This document shows, in pieces, positions 61,443-64,000 of a stretch of 64,000 nt of DNA. The notes below the pieces were generated by a model, which made no database searches, had not been told where the DNA came from, and saw only the letters and a program-made list of their open reading frames with translations. The stretch is from a bacterium (lineage in GTDB: Bacteria; UBA8248): assembly GCA_965202625.1 (NCBI GenBank), contig CBDBBI010000010.1, forward strand, positions 2,720,001 to 2,784,000. The letters run 5' to 3'. Every line of letters starts with the position of its first letter. Within the stretch, counting starts at the first letter, position 1. The translations under genes and the position numbers were made by a program.

Positions 61443-61673
61443 GGGGTCTTCCTCCATATCAGGGTCGTGGGACGAATTTAGAGAATGCGCCGAATCATAG
61501 TCGGTCGAGGAGCGCCTGCATGATCGTGAGCGTCCACTATAGCATGATCCTATCACACATTTGGTCCATCTCGTTACGAATAGCGGCGAAATGTGGCATG
61601 ATTCCTGTGGAATTTCTGCATTCGAAGCGGATATCGCGGCGTGAATCATGCGTGATTCTGGGAGAATTTGAGG

Positions 61674-62795
61674 ATGGAAGATGTAAGAGTGGAGCGAATG
61701 GCGGAGATCATCACAGGGTATTCCGCGCGGTTGAGGTCAGGCGACCTAGTGGGCGTCCGGGGAAGCGCGGCGGCGGCCCCTCTCATTCGGGCGGTTTATG
61801 CCGAGTGCCTCAAGCGCCGCGCTTATCCCTATGTCGACGTGTCGCTGCCGGGGATGGAGGAGATTTTCTACAAGCACGCCAATCGCCATCAGCTCTCCTA
61901 CCTCTCGCCTTTGCGGCGTTTTGAGATTGAAAACGTGGACGTCGTCATCAGCATCTTGTCGGAGACGAACACGCGGCGGCTGTCGGGCACCGACCCCAAA
62001 AAACAGGCCTTGGCGTCCAAAGCCAGGCAGCCCATCATGGAGACGTTCATGAGGCGTTCCGCCCAGTATGAAAAAACGCGGGAGAAGGGTTTGAGATGGA
62101 CGCTCACGCTCTTTCCGACGGAAGCCTACGCGCAGGATGCGGAAATGGGCATCGGCGAGTATGAGGATTTCGTCTTCGGCGCGTGCTTCGCCGATGAAGC
62201 GGGCGGCGTGAAACGTTGGCGCGCCCTGGACAGGCGCCAGGAGCGTATCGTTCGTTATCTAGAGGGTCGCAAGGTGGTGGAAATCAAGGCCCCGGGCACC
62301 GATTTGCGGGTGGGCATCGCGGGGCGTCCGTTCATGAATTGCTCGGGGCGCAACAACTTTCCGGATGGGGAGATATTCACGGGTCCCCAGGAGCGGAAAA
62401 TCGACGGGAAGATTCGCTATTCGTTTCCTGCCTGCATCTCGGGGCGTGAGGTGGAGGGGGTGGAGCTTGAGTTTGAAAAAGGGGAGGTCGTGAAGGCCAC
62501 GGCGGAGAAGAACGAAGCCTTCCTCCGTTCTATGATTGGCATGGATGGCGGTGCGAGGAGGGTGGGGGAGTTCGCCTTCGGCCTCAACTACGGCATCCAG
62601 CGATTCACGAAAAATACGCTGTTCGACGAGAAGATCGGCGGTACCCTGCACGTCGCCCTGGGCAAGGGCTATCCCCAGAGCGGCTCTAAGAACGACTCCG
62701 CCCTGCATTGGGACATGGTCTGCGATTTGCGCGATGGGGGCGAGGTGTACGTGGACGGAAAACTCTTCTCTCAAAACGGAGAGTTGAAGGTTTGA
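61674..62795 (+). CDS. Aminopeptidase, M29 (AmpS/AmpT) family
   Basis: NFPDGEIFTGP, GEFAFG, TLFDEKIGGTLHVALG, SALHWDMV. Confidence 0.94.
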   Translation: MEDVRVERMAEIITGYSARLRSGDLVGVRGSAAAAPLIRAVYAECLKRRAYPYVDVSLPGMEEIFYKHANRHQLSYLSPLRRFEIENVDVVISILSETNTRRLSGTDPKKQALASKARQPIMETFMRRSAQYEKTREKGLRWTLTLFPTEAYAQDAEMGIGEYEDFVFGACFADEAGGVKRWRALDRRQERIVRYLEGRKVVEIKAPGTDLRVGIAGRPFMNCSGRNNFPDGEIFTGPQERKIDGKIRYSFPACISGREVEGVELEFEKGEVVKATAEKNEAFLRSMIGMDGGARRVGEFAFGLNYGIQRFTKNTLFDEKIGGTLHVALGKGYPQSGSKNDSALHWDMVCDLRDGGEVYVDGKLFSQNGELKV

Positions 62796-62905
62796 TGGCG
62801 TCAGGAAAAAGCGGAGTCGAATGCGCGCAACCTCACTTGGGTCGGCCCAGACGATAGTCGCCAACGAACCCTTGAGATGTTATTCTCATCGCGCCATTTC
62901 CACCC

Positions 62906-62981
62906 GGGCGGGTAGCTCAGCTGGCAGAGCGGTGCCCTTACAAGGCATAGGTCGGAGGTTCGAGCCCTCTCCCGCCCACCA
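62906..62981 (+). tRNA. tRNA-Val (anticodon TAC)
   Basis: GGGCGGG/CCCGCCC acceptor stem, TAGCTCAG D-arm, GTGCC-CTTACAA-GGCAT anticodon arm, GGTTCGAG T-loop, encoded CCA. Confidence 0.97.
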
Positions 62982-63083
62982 AGGCACCTAGGAGTCGCAC
63001 AGGAGGCGTGAATATCTGCGTTTTAGTCGTTTTTGGACTTGGGAATTCAATCGGCGAGTCAACTTAGGAAAGGAGACTGAAAT

Positions 63084-63644
63084 ATGAAATTCAAGATTTA
63101 CGGGCCGTTTGAAGTTCCAACGGGAACGGAAGAAGGAAGCTCGAAAAATCGGATTGGGAAGAAAGACGCGACATTATTTTGGGAAAAAGTAGAAGATGAC
63201 CATAAAGGTTTGTCGGCAGCATGTGGATGTTATGTTTTCGCACTTAGAGCAGGAGGCGACAAGGCCAAGGAAAAACCGTGGTACGTTGGCAAGGCCGAAA
63301 AACAGCCTCTCAAAAAAGAATGCTTCCAGTCTCATAAACTGACGATATACAACGATAGTATAGGTCAAAAAGGCAATCGCAGTAGCCAACCAGTGATGTA
63401 TTTCTTGGCGAGGTGTAGAGACAAAACGGGCACATTCTCAAAGCCATCTAAAAATGCATATGAGGACATACAATTTGTGGAAGAGATGTTCATCGGAAAA
63501 GGAGTTTTACAAAACCCGAAACTTAAAAACATTCAGAACACGAATATACCCAAAAAATTGTCTGTGGAAGGATTCTATGGACCCCAAAGTCGTGGAAAAC
63601 AACCCAGTCATGTAGTGGAATTCAAGAAATTATTTGGTGAATAA
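63084..63644 (+). CDS. AT-rich hypothetical protein, GIY-YIG-like nuclease
   Basis: AGGAG RBS; GCYVF..WYVGKA; VEEMFI; PKLKN; visibly AT-richer than flanking genes. Confidence 0.6.
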   Translation: MKFKIYGPFEVPTGTEEGSSKNRIGKKDATLFWEKVEDDHKGLSAACGCYVFALRAGGDKAKEKPWYVGKAEKQPLKKECFQSHKLTIYNDSIGQKGNRSSQPVMYFLARCRDKTGTFSKPSKNAYEDIQFVEEMFIGKGVLQNPKLKNIQNTNIPKKLSVEGFYGPQSRGKQPSHVVEFKKLFGE

Positions 63645-63830
63645 AATAAAATTCTCGTCAGCAAGTGCAATTTCATGAATGGAAGAACGGCTCACATCTC
63701 GCAAAATTCTATTGGACTTCAAAATGACCCAAGGTTCACCGTCTTCATCTGTTTAGCTTAAAGTTCGTCATAAAAGATAGAACCCACCATATCGAGTGCC
63801 CTGTGATGGGTTTTGAGAGTCGCACCGAGC

Positions 63831-64000
63831 CTACCTCGCCACGGCCCCGGGCCGCCGCTCGGGGATGATCGGCAAAAGCAGGTGCGAGGGGTGCTGTGGG
63901 CCCGTGTGCAGGGTGGTGCGGCCCCCGAATACCTCCTTCGAGCGGTCGATGGGGTGATCGTGAAGAAACGGCCCCGACCCACGCGAGGGGACGTAAGCCG
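63831..64000 (-). CDS. C-terminus of a CocE/NonD (S15) hydrolase, partial; absent from the ORF track
   Basis: Manual translation ..AYVPSRGSGPFLHDHPIDRSKEVFGGRTTLHTGPQHPSHLLLPIIP..; TAG at 63831-63833. Confidence 0.8.
   Translation of the reverse strand, partial: AYVPSRGSGPFLHDHPIDRSKEVFGGRTTLHTGPQHPSHLLLPIIPERRPGAVAR

Noticed and set aside
52959-63789. att-like duplications of the tRNA-Val 3' end (CCCGCCCAC at 52959; CCCACCA at 63783)
   Set aside because: The matches are only 7-9 bp, consistent with chance, and there is no integrase in the window.
63758-63982. 74-aa minus-strand ORF in the track
   Set aside because: It is the wrong frame; the overlapping frame ending at 63831 encodes a recognisable CocE/NonD C-terminus.

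Overview
This is a 64-kb chromosomal window from a GC-rich diderm (LPS-making) bacterium. The first ~45.6 kb is core genome: a partial PBP1A gene, uvrB-uvrC-lnt-prfB (programmed +1 frameshift)-lysS, then a large envelope superoperon. That superoperon runs lolC/E-lolD-clpC-bamA-skp-lpxD-fabZ-lpxA-Gfo/Idh/MocA (GnnA-like)-lpxI-lpxB-DUF374/LpxJ-waaA-lpxK, with lptFG on the opposite strand, followed by heptose/core genes, glycosyltransferases, msbA, an O-antigen ligase, dacA and dapA. From ~45.7 kb the region is accessory and catabolic: an amidohydrolase, an ABC importer, two D-2-hydroxyacid dehydrogenases, a single-chain restriction-modification enzyme, an aquaporin, a TcuA-like flavoprotein, a VOC protein, an orphan protein made of two 100-aa repeats, an M29 aminopeptidase, tRNA-Val(TAC) and an AT-rich GIY-YIG-like nuclease islet. 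The strongest hidden signal is an OsmC-like gene (57907-58461) that the ORF track splits in two. Its in-frame TGA falls at the first catalytic Cys position and is followed by a SECIS-like hairpin, so it is a probable selenoprotein. Three pseudogenes (HNH, glycosyltransferase-like, MFS) point to ongoing gene decay. All calls come from reading motifs by eye; no database searches were run.
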